Assembly (NCBI GenBank): GCA_964427155.1
Contig: CAYRSC010000018.1
Coordinates: 12,819-76,818, forward strand
DNA: 64,000 nucleotides
From: an uncultured Desulfohalobiaceae bacterium
GTDB taxonomy: Bacteria; Desulfobacterota; Desulfovibrionia; Desulfovibrionales; Desulfothermaceae
Direction: 5' to 3'
The notes beneath the pieces were generated by a model, which was given only the letters and a program-made list of their open reading frames with translations, was not told the DNA's origin and did not search any database. Each line of letters opens with the position of its first letter. Within the stretch, counting starts at the first letter, position 1. Shown piece by piece: positions 38,596 through 47,787 of the stretch. Position numbers and translations under genes: made by a program.

Positions 38596-39891
38596 TTAGG
38601 GGTGTTCCTCCAGAAAGATGACCTCCCTCACGTCATCATAGGCGAAGAGCTCAGAATATCTTCCCCAGTTTATAATGGTCTTTATCTGGTTCTCCACGTC
38701 CTCAGGGGAAAAGTCTTCCTCCAGAAGGGATTGAACCTCTTCTATCTCTATCTCCCCTTTGTCAGAGGCATATAGCCTCTCCAGTATCCATTTAAAGATA
38801 GGAAGTCTCTTTATCCTTGAGGCAAAGATCTCTTTTCTGGTGAGGATACTTGCCTCTGCAAATATCTCCCCCAAGGTGGTGAGGGTTATGTCTCCTGCTA
38901 TAATAGTGGCAAAACCAAGGAGCTGGGCCGCCTCAGTAAGCCTGAGTAATTGCTCTGAGTCCTTTACCTTCAAACTAGAGGCAAGTTGATATATATCACA
39001 CCTTCCTCCCTCAATCTCAAAGACCCTCTCCAGGAGGCCCGCAAGGTCTCCAATGGAGATGGGAGGTATACCCCTTCCCTTGAGGCCTCCTCCCACTGGG
39101 GCCTCTCTACTGCCATCTACGCTGTGCCCCTGGCCTGCCATAAGGGCGTAGATCCAGTCCACCATCTCCAGAAACTCTGGAGACTTTCTATTGCGGGGAT
39201 GGGACATGCTCACAAGGACCTGAGAGATCACGCGCCCTGGAGATTTGTCCATAATCACTATCCTGTCAGCCATAAACACCGCCTCTTCAATATTATGGGT
39301 CACCATCAAAATGGTCTTGGTGGGTATCTTCCCAGTGGTCCACAGTTCTATGAGTTCTCCCCGTAGAGAATCTGCGCTCAAGGGGTCCAGGGCAGAAAAG
39401 GGTTCATCCATACACAACAGCTCTGGCTCCACTGCCATCGCCCGTGCAAATCCCACCTTCTGGCGCATCCCCCCTGAAAGCTCCCGAGGATATGCCCCTT
39501 CAAAACCATCCAGTCCCACCCTATCCAACAAATCCAGGGCCATCTTCTCCCTCTCCTGGGGAGGCACTCCCCTGGCCTTTAATGCTATCTCCACATTCTC
39601 CTGAACCGTAAGCCAGGGGAAAAGGGCAAAGGTCTGAAATACAATAGTGGCATAGGGATTTACCCCCTCTAACCTTTCCCCTCTATAGAGGACCTCTCCA
39701 GAAGTAGGGGGTTGGAGTCCTGTAATTATCCTGAGCAGAGTGCTCTTTCCACACCCTGAAGGTCCCAACAGGGCCACAAATTCCTTTTTTTTCAAGTCAA
39801 GATTTATCTCCTTCAGGGCCATAAAGGACTTCTTTCCTGTACTATAGCTATGGGAGATGTTTTTAAGTCTTATAAGACAATCCTCACTCAT
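38596..39891 (-). CDS. ABC transporter ATP-binding protein (NitT/TauT-like) with extra about 190-aa C-terminal domain
   Basis: Walker A GPSGCGKST, signature LSGGMRQKV, Walker B LLCMDEPFSALD. Preferred start is the ATG at 39891 (MSEDCLIRLKNISHSY). The track start at 39957 overlaps the permease by 53 nt. Confidence 0.85.
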   Translation of the reverse strand: MSEDCLIRLKNISHSYSTGKKSFMALKEINLDLKKKEFVALLGPSGCGKSTLLRIITGLQPPTSGEVLYRGERLEGVNPYATIVFQTFALFPWLTVQENVEIALKARGVPPQEREKMALDLLDRVGLDGFEGAYPRELSGGMRQKVGFARAMAVEPELLCMDEPFSALDPLSADSLRGELIELWTTGKIPTKTILMVTHNIEEAVFMADRIVIMDKSPGRVISQVLVSMSHPRNRKSPEFLEMVDWIYALMAGQGHSVDGSREAPVGGGLKGRGIPPISIGDLAGLLERVFEIEGGRCDIYQLASSLKVKDSEQLLRLTEAAQLLGFATIIAGDITLTTLGEIFAEASILTRKEIFASRIKRLPIFKWILERLYASDKGEIEIEEVQSLLEEDFSPEDVENQIKTIINWGRYSELFAYDDVREVIFLEEHP

Positions 39892-39904
39892 GATCCTCAC
39901 TCTC

Positions 39905-41620
39905 TTAGTCCAGGTGGTATTTTTCCTCTGCAAGGGCGTATAAGGGACGCCATACAAGCCTGTTTATGGTCACCACAGCCACTATCATGGCAAGGGTAGC
40001 GGCCAGGAGTAGGGGATAATTTCCAGTGGCTGTGGCCTGACTTATGGTGGAGCCAATACCCGTGGTCTTCAAGGTCTTACCTGCAAACTCTATATACTCT
40101 GCCACAATAGATGCATTCCACGCACCCCCCCCTGCAGTGATAATTCCAGTGACAATATAGGGAAAGAGAGAGGGCAGTATGAGATATCTCCACTTCTGCC
40201 ATTTGCTAAGCTGAAGGAGCCTTGCAGTATATCTGAGGTCCACGGGAATGGTAGAGGCACCTGCAATGATATTAAAGAGTAAATACCACTGCGTTCCAAG
40301 TAGCATCAACAAAATAGCCGCTGTATTAAGCCCCCCAGGAAGTCTTAATACCACCAGGAGAAAAGCTGGAAACAGGGCGGTGGCTGGCACAGAGGCCGCT
40401 ATTTGCACTATAGGTTGAAGCCACCTGGCTATCCTGGGGTTGGTACCTATTGCAACACCCACTGGGATGGTCCACAAAAGGGCTATGACAAGTGCCATGC
40501 TTACCCTTAAAAAGGTGGCCGTAAGGGCCACGCCAATATGCCACCACTCATGGGAGGTGAGAGAGGATAGAAGGAGGATGGAGCGATATAGATAGATACC
40601 CAGGAGGAGGGCCCCTGCCCCTGTTGTTATTACCATTACAGGAATGCTCCTCCTTTTTTTTCCCCTCCCCTCTCTTCGGTAGGAGAGGTGGATGAGCCAC
40701 ATATCCACCCTCTCCAGGAGTCGGGATATCCCCTTTCTCAGACGATAGAGTATCCTGGAATCCACCAGGAGATCATAGAACCACGAGGTCACAGGGGGCT
40801 CTGAATCTGTCATATTGAGCTTAAACTTGGAAGACCACGCAAGCAAGGGACGCCACATGAGCTGGTCCAGGGCAATGATAACAACTATAAGGGTAACCAC
40901 TCCCCAACACACTGCCTTTATATCTCCCCTGTTTGCAGCTTCCTGGAGATAGGCCCCGATTCCAGGGAGACGAAAGTCCTTTTTCCCCACTGTGAATATC
41001 TCTGCGGCCATGAGAAAAAACCATCCTCCTGCCCAGCTCATCATGCTATTCCAGATAAGGGAAATGGCACCAAATGGGAGGTCCAGGGTCTTTACCCTGA
41101 GCCATCCCCTTATGTGAAAGATCTTACTTGCCTCTCTAAGGTCTCTTGGAATGGTGGAGAGGCTCTGATACCACGCAAAGGTGAGGTTCCAGACCTGACT
41201 TGTAAATATGAGAACAATGGAGGCAAGTTCCACAGCAATACCCTTTGGGAGGATGGCACTAAAACTCAACAGGACTACAGGGAGAAAAGAGAGAATGGGA
41301 ACGCTCTGAAGCACATCCAACAGGGGCATAAGGACCATTTCAGCATATCTGCTCTTTACCGCGGCATATCCATAGAGGATGGAAAACACAAGTGAGAGGA
41401 TATAGGCGGCCACCATCCTGCTCACCGAGAGAAGGGCATACCAGGGCAAGAGATGTAGAGAAAGGCCTATGGTGGGTCCAGTGATCTCTGAAGGGGCATG
41501 AAAGGCCAGGGTAATTCCCAGATATATGAGGACGGCCACAAAGATCAGGACTATTATATCTCCCAGAAGGGAGTATTTTCTGTCACCAGGAGGAGAAAGG
41601 TGTTGAAAGATATTTTCCAT
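39905..41620 (-). CDS. ABC transporter permease, internally duplicated transmembrane domain
   Basis: About 570 aa and highly hydrophobic, with two BPD-type halves. ATG at 41620 is preferred over the TTG at 41632, which abuts the tmRNA terminator T-tract. Confidence 0.75.
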   Translation of the reverse strand: MENIFQHLSPPGDRKYSLLGDIIVLIFVAVLIYLGITLAFHAPSEITGPTIGLSLHLLPWYALLSVSRMVAAYILSLVFSILYGYAAVKSRYAEMVLMPLLDVLQSVPILSFLPVVLLSFSAILPKGIAVELASIVLIFTSQVWNLTFAWYQSLSTIPRDLREASKIFHIRGWLRVKTLDLPFGAISLIWNSMMSWAGGWFFLMAAEIFTVGKKDFRLPGIGAYLQEAANRGDIKAVCWGVVTLIVVIIALDQLMWRPLLAWSSKFKLNMTDSEPPVTSWFYDLLVDSRILYRLRKGISRLLERVDMWLIHLSYRREGRGKKRRSIPVMVITTGAGALLLGIYLYRSILLLSSLTSHEWWHIGVALTATFLRVSMALVIALLWTIPVGVAIGTNPRIARWLQPIVQIAASVPATALFPAFLLVVLRLPGGLNTAAILLMLLGTQWYLLFNIIAGASTIPVDLRYTARLLQLSKWQKWRYLILPSLFPYIVTGIITAGGGAWNASIVAEYIEFAGKTLKTTGIGSTISQATATGNYPLLLAATLAMIVAVVTINRLVWRPLYALAEEKYHLD

Positions 41621-41633
41621 GACGCTATCCAAT

Positions 41634-41674
41634 AAAAAACCCCTCTATCCGGCACACTCTCCCGGAGAGAGGGG
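41634..41674 (-). terminator. Rho-independent terminator of ssrA
   Basis: Minus strand reads CCCCTCTCTCCGG-gagagtgtg-CCGGATAGAGGGG followed by TTTTTTATT, 13 nt after the tmRNA CCA end. Confidence 0.65.
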
Positions 41675-41686
41675 TCTGGTTTTCTT

Positions 41687-42045
41687 TGGTGGAGGCGGCG
41701 GGAGTTGAACCCGCGTCCGGAGACACTACACAGAAGCTTCTACAGGCTTAGGCCAGGTTTTGATTTAACCATCAAATCCCCCCTGACCAGGGTCTTTGAT
41801 GGCGAGTCCCTTGGATTTCTCGTCCAGGTGTACAGGGACCTACACCTGAACCAGCCTGATGTATTTGTCACCCCTTCCAGGCTATCAGGCGTCACCTAGA
41901 AGAGGCGTGGCTGCAACTTAAGCAGCCATTGCGTATTCGTAATCGTTGTTGGCACTTAATTTTTTGCCGCGTGTTTTACGAGGCCTCGCGGCACCTCGGC
42001 CTGCCACTCCTGCTTCGCTATCCCCGTCGAATCCAGTTCGCCCCC
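41687..42045 (-). ncRNA. ssrA: tmRNA (SsrA), one-piece; tag reading frame encodes ANNDYEYAMAA
   Basis: 5-prime end is GGGGGCGAACTGGATTCGACGGGG. 3-prime end is GGACGCGGGTTCAACTCCCGCCGCCTCCACCA, near-identical to the E. coli ssrA terminus. Resume codon GCC at 41951-41953 and TAA at 41918-41920. Confidence 0.9.
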
Positions 42046-42069
42046 AAATACTGGGGTGGGGCAAAAAAA

Positions 42070-42143
42070 TAGCGAGGGAGGGACTTGAACCCCCGACTCT
42101 GCGGATATGAGCCGCATGCTCTAACCAACTGAGCTACCTCGCC
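42070..42143 (-). tRNA. tRNA with CAT anticodon (elongator Met, or Ile2 if lysidine-modified); CCA not encoded
   Basis: GGCGAGGTAGCTCAGTTGGTTAGAGCATGCGGCTCATATCCGCAGAGTCGGGGGTTCAAGTCCCTCCCTCGCTA folds as a cloverleaf. The anticodon stem lacks the three consecutive G-C pairs of initiator tRNA. Confidence 0.85.
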
Positions 42144-42156
42144 TTGACGGATGTTT

Positions 42157-42185
42157 TATGTAAGCATTTTTTTCATTTTTGGCAA
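42157..42185 (-). promoter_or_regulatory. Candidate sigma-70 promoter for the tRNA-tmRNA pair
   Basis: Minus strand has TTGCCA (42180-42185), a 17-nt spacer and TACATA (42157-42162), ending 14 nt upstream of the tRNA 5-prime end. Confidence 0.4.
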
Positions 42186-42251
42186 GAGGAAAAATAAGGT
42201 GGTGAAAAAATTAACATCCCCTGAAAAGATCCCTTGAGATAAATAAGGTGC

Positions 42252-42593
42252 TCACTCCCCCTTTAATATATCTTCCCTATAGGTACTCTCCATCTTCTCA
42301 ATGACGCTAGCCACCTCCTCACAGCCATTTAATGAATCCTTCACTAGCTGAAGGAGCCTTTCAGCATATTCGTTTTGAGGGTCTATCTGATAATTCACCC
42401 ACATCCCCTCCCTGAAGGAGGATACAATACCAGCCTCTTCCAGTATCTTTAAATGCTTACTCACCGTGGACTGGGCAACCCCTAAAATTGCCCTCACCTC
42501 ACACACGCACAGCACCCTCCTCTCCAACATCTTTACGATCTTTATCCTGTTTGGATCAGAGAGGGCCTTCATCACCTTTATAAACCTCTTCAT
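42252..42593 (-). CDS. ArsR/SmtB-family metalloregulatory transcription factor
   Basis: ALSDPNRIKIVKML...LCVCEVRAILGVAQSTVSKHLKILEEAGIV, including the CVC metal(loid)-binding motif in helix 3. Confidence 0.85.
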   Translation of the reverse strand: MKRFIKVMKALSDPNRIKIVKMLERRVLCVCEVRAILGVAQSTVSKHLKILEEAGIVSSFREGMWVNYQIDPQNEYAERLLQLVKDSLNGCEEVASVIEKMESTYREDILKGE

Positions 42594-42768
42594 ATCTCCC
42601 CCAATTTATCGCTTTTTAGGAATATAGCTATCAACCCCATTCCCGTCAAGTCTCCTCTCATGAAACATGAAACATTTTTGTATCACAATTCATATTTGTA
42701 TCTTTTTATATTCCATCTCACAAGGAAACATGGGTAAAGATTTAACGTATTTTCAAGCTATTGCATGC

Positions 42769-42784
42769 TGGTATGCCCCGTGCA
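42769..42784 (+). promoter_or_regulatory. Candidate sigma-54 (-24/-12) promoter of the amt operon
   Basis: TGGTATGccccGTGCA versus consensus TGGCACG-N4-TTGCA. GG and GC are at the correct spacing. Lies 38 nt upstream of the ATG at 42822. Confidence 0.5.
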
Positions 42785-42821
42785 CCTTTTTGGAAAATTT
42801 TTTTTAAAGGGAGGTAGTGGT

Positions 42822-44030
42822 ATGATATCCAATGCAGATGTGGTATGGGTCCTGGTGTCTGTAGGGCTCGTGATGCTAATGACTCCTGGCCTGGCAATTT
42901 TTTATGGGGGGCTGGTCAGGAACAAAAATGTACTAAATGCTATCTTAATGAGCTTCATAGCCCTGGGGGTAATATCCCTTGAGTGGTTTATACTGGGATA
43001 TTCCATGTCCTTTGGAAAAGACATGGGGGGAATTATTGGAGGGCTTAATCACTTTTTTCTCAAAGGGGTGGGGTTGTCCCCCTCACCAGATTATGGACAC
43101 ACCATTCCCCAGGCCCTTTTCATGCTCTTTCAGATGATGTTTGCAATTATTACCCCTGCCCTTATCTCAGGGGCCATTGTGGAGCGAATAAAGTTCTCCT
43201 CTTATGTGGCCTTTATCCTTCTATGGTCCATTTTTGTATACAATCCCCTCTGCCATTGGGTATGGGGAAAGGGAGGATGGCTGGCCCGTCTCGGAGTAAT
43301 AGACTTTGCAGGGGGAATAGTGGTCCATATAAGTGCAGGCATCTCTGCCCTGGCTGCTGCACTGGTGGTGGGCAAAAGGAAGGGGTATCCTAGGGCAGAA
43401 TTTGTGCCCCATAACCTTCCCTTAGCGGCCATTGGAGCAGGTCTGCTGTGGTTTGGTTGGTTTGGATTTAATGGGGGGAGTGCCCTGGCCGCTAATAAGA
43501 TTGCCGTACTGGCCGCCGCCAACACCCATATAGCGGGAGCAGCTGCTGCAGTGGCCTGGATAGTTGCAGAGTGGCTACACATGGGAAAACCAAGCACCCT
43601 GGGTATTATTTCAGGACTTGTGGCAGGTCTGGCCACCATTACCCCAGCATCTGGCTTTGTCCCCATGTGGGCGGCCCTTATAATTGGACTGCTTGCAGGG
43701 GGAGTGAGTTATTTTGCCGTTATAGTAAAGGTAAGGATGGGATTTGACGATTCCCTGGATGCCTTTAGTATACACGGAATAGGTGGCATACTCGGTACCC
43801 TGTGTCTGGGGCTGTTTGCCGCATACGGGGCAAAAGGATTATTCTTCGGAAACCCCGCCCAGTTGGGTGCCCAATTTATGGGAGCAGCAGTGGCGGTTAT
43901 CTATTGTGGGATACTAACTGCCACTATCTTAAAACTCATAGACGTAACCATTGGACTGAGGCCTGCTGAGGAAGATGAGGTGATGGGAATGGATTTGACT
44001 CAACACGGAGAAGAGGGTTATAAGATATAG
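42822..44030 (+). CDS. amt: Ammonium transporter
   Basis: Amt/MEP family strings (VIDFAGGIVVHISAGISALAAALVVGKR, WFGWFGFNGGS). ATG at 42822 follows GGGAGG. The track start at 42765 would include the putative promoter. Confidence 0.9.
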   Translation: MISNADVVWVLVSVGLVMLMTPGLAIFYGGLVRNKNVLNAILMSFIALGVISLEWFILGYSMSFGKDMGGIIGGLNHFFLKGVGLSPSPDYGHTIPQALFMLFQMMFAIITPALISGAIVERIKFSSYVAFILLWSIFVYNPLCHWVWGKGGWLARLGVIDFAGGIVVHISAGISALAAALVVGKRKGYPRAEFVPHNLPLAAIGAGLLWFGWFGFNGGSALAANKIAVLAAANTHIAGAAAAVAWIVAEWLHMGKPSTLGIISGLVAGLATITPASGFVPMWAALIIGLLAGGVSYFAVIVKVRMGFDDSLDAFSIHGIGGILGTLCLGLFAAYGAKGLFFGNPAQLGAQFMGAAVAVIYCGILTATILKLIDVTIGLRPAEEDEVMGMDLTQHGEEGYKI

Positions 44031-44068
44031 GCCCATTGTATATATCTTACACAATCCGGGAGCCCTAT

Positions 44069-46055
<1,987 letters not shown>

Positions 46056-46059
46056 AATA

Positions 46060-46148
46060 TACAAAAATGTACCTCTTTCCACATGGGATATATTTAAGGA
46101 TAACAACCCAATAGCACCCCTTACAAAAAAGATGGTACAAAAATGTAC
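46060..46148. promoter_or_regulatory. Two copies of the palindrome (G)TACAAAAATGTAC upstream of glnA: candidate activator/enhancer sites
   Basis: TACAAAAATGTAC at 46060-46072 and GTACAAAAATGTAC at 46135-46148. The core ACATTTTTGTA recurs upstream of amt at 42672-42682. Confidence 0.45.
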
Positions 46149-46194
46149 TTAAAACACCAGGAGATTGAAAATAATCTAAAAAGATGTTAAGGGA

Positions 46195-46228
46195 TTGTGC
46201 AGTTGTTTTATATGGCATAAAATTTGTA
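46195..46228 (+). promoter_or_regulatory. glnA promoter region: overlapping sigma-70-like and sigma-54-like elements
   Basis: TTGTGC (46195-46200), 17 nt, TAAAAT (46218-46223). Overlapping TGGCATaaaatTTGTA (46213-46228) matches -24 but has GT instead of GC at -12. Confidence 0.4.
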
Positions 46229-46264
46229 GAAAGGGAGAAAACCAAAAGAGTTAGGAGGTATTAA

Positions 46265-47677
46265 ATGAATCCAAAAGAGGTCTTGGAATTTGCAAAAGAG
46301 AATAAGGTAAAGATGGTTGATTTACGGTTTGTGGACTTTCCAGGGGTATGGCAGCACTTTTCCGTGCCCATAGAGGAATTTGACGAGGGGACCTTTGAGA
46401 GTGGAGTGGGTTTTGATGGCTCCAGCATAAGGGGATGGAAATCCATCAACGAAAGTGATATGCTGGTTATTCCGGATCCAGCTACTGCCACTATTGATCC
46501 ATTTTTTGAGGTTCCTACCCTTACCCTCATCTGCAATATAGTGGACCCGGTGACCAAGGAAAAATATGCCAGGGACCCCAGGTATATTGCACAAAAGGCA
46601 GAAGAATATCTAAAATTTACAGGCATTGGGGATACTGCCTATTTTGGTCCTGAGGCAGAATTCTTTATCTTTGATGATATTCGCTACGACAATAATGCCA
46701 ACTACAGCTTCTATTTTGTGGACTCCACTGAAGGGATATGGAACTCTGGGAAGGAAGAAGGGCCCAACCTTGGGTACAAGCCCAGATATAAAGAGGGATA
46801 TTTCCCTGTACCACCAACTGATTCCTTTCAGGACATAAGGACCGAAATGGTATTGAAAATGGAGAAAGTGGGGATCCGCATAGAGTGTCAGCACCACGAG
46901 GTGGCCACTGCAGGCCAGGCAGAAATTGACATGAGGTTTGCCCCCCTGGTCCAGATGGGCGATCAACTCATGTGGTTTAAATATATCATCAAAAACGTGG
47001 CTAGAAAGCACAACCGGACCGCCACCTTTATGCCAAAACCCATCTTTGGGGACAATGGATCTGGCATGCACACCCATGTGAGCATCTGGAAGGATGGGGA
47101 GCCAATGTTTGCAGGAGACAAATATGCAGGCCTCAGTGAAGTGGCCATGTATGCTATTGGAGGGGTGTTAAAGCACGCCAAGGCCCTATGCGCCTTTACC
47201 AACCCCACCACCAACTCCTACAAGAGGCTGGTACCTGGATATGAGGCACCGGTAAATCTTGCATACTCCTCCAGAAACCGCAGTGCCGCCATCAGGATTC
47301 CAATGTACTCCCCCTCTCCAAAGACCAAGAGACTGGAGGTGAGGTTCCCTGATCCCTCCTGTAATGGCTATATGGCCTTTAGTGCCCTGCTTATGGCCGT
47401 TCTAGATGGAATTGAAAACAAGATAGATCCAGGAGAGCCTCTGGATAAAGACATCTATTCCCTCTCCCCTGAAGAACTAAAGGACGTGGATTCCACCCCA
47501 GGTTCCCTTGAAGAGGCCCTGGATGCCCTGGAAAAGGATTACGAATTCCTCCTTAAAGGGGATGTATTTACTGAGGATGTGGTAAAGGCATGGATCAGTT
47601 ATAAGAGGGAAAACGAGGTGGATCCCATAAGGCTTAGACCTCATCCCTATGAGTTCATGCTCTACTACGACATTTAA
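46265..47677 (+). CDS. glnA: Glutamine synthetase type I
   Basis: GSGMHTHVS and [17 protein letters not shown]. The adenylylation-loop Tyr context [10 protein letters not shown] is conserved. Confidence 0.95.
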   Translation: MNPKEVLEFAKENKVKMVDLRFVDFPGVWQHFSVPIEEFDEGTFESGVGFDGSSIRGWKSINESDMLVIPDPATATIDPFFEVPTLTLICNIVDPVTKEKYARDPRYIAQKAEEYLKFTGIGDTAYFGPEAEFFIFDDIRYDNNANYSFYFVDSTEGIWNSGKEEGPNLGYKPRYKEGYFPVPPTDSFQDIRTEMVLKMEKVGIRIECQHHEVATAGQAEIDMRFAPLVQMGDQLMWFKYIIKNVARKHNRTATFMPKPIFGDNGSGMHTHVSIWKDGEPMFAGDKYAGLSEVAMYAIGGVLKHAKALCAFTNPTTNSYKRLVPGYEAPVNLAYSSRNRSAAIRIPMYSPSPKTKRLEVRFPDPSCNGYMAFSALLMAVLDGIENKIDPGEPLDKDIYSLSPEELKDVDSTPGSLEEALDALEKDYEFLLKGDVFTEDVVKAWISYKRENEVDPIRLRPHPYEFMLYYDI

Positions 47678-47723
47678 AGGAGGTATGTGCCTCTTATCTA
47701 GTGTGAAAAGAGGTGCTGGAGTA

Positions 47724-47757
47724 TTAAGCCTGTCCATCATGGGCAGGCTTAATTTTT
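47724..47757 (+). terminator. Rho-independent terminator after glnA
   Basis: TTAAGCCTGTCC-atcat-GGGCAGGCTTAA followed by TTTTT. Confidence 0.7.
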
Positions 47758-47787
47758 CCCAACCATAAGGTAAAGGACTTTTTAAGG

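Noticed and set aside
41705-41899. 64-aa plus-strand ORF.
   Set aside because: It lies entirely within the tmRNA gene on the opposite strand, so it is spurious.
41600-42260. Possible genomic island or prophage integrated at the tmRNA/tRNA locus.
   Set aside because: There is no integrase and no duplicated copy of the tmRNA 3-prime end (att-like repeat) that I could see. The flanking genes are ordinary transporter and regulator genes.
42765-42821. N-terminal extensions of the longest ORFs: amt 42765, nadE 44036 (TTG), glnB 45654, GATase 50463 (GTG), MCP 19437 (TTG), MBL 32512, ABC ATPase 39957, permease 41632 (TTG).
   Set aside because: In each case an internal ATG with a better-spaced GGAGG-type RBS matches the conserved family N-terminus. 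It also removes overlaps with upstream genes or promoters.
43202-43666. 154-aa antisense ORF within amt.
   Set aside because: The sense strand encodes conserved Amt motifs. The antisense product is Ala/Pro-rich with no start signals.
46135-46148. Calling the GTA-N8-TAC palindrome an NtcA site.
   Set aside because: NtcA is cyanobacterial and normally sits at about -41.5. Here the sites lie roughly 75-150 bp upstream of the promoter elements, so the regulator is left unassigned.
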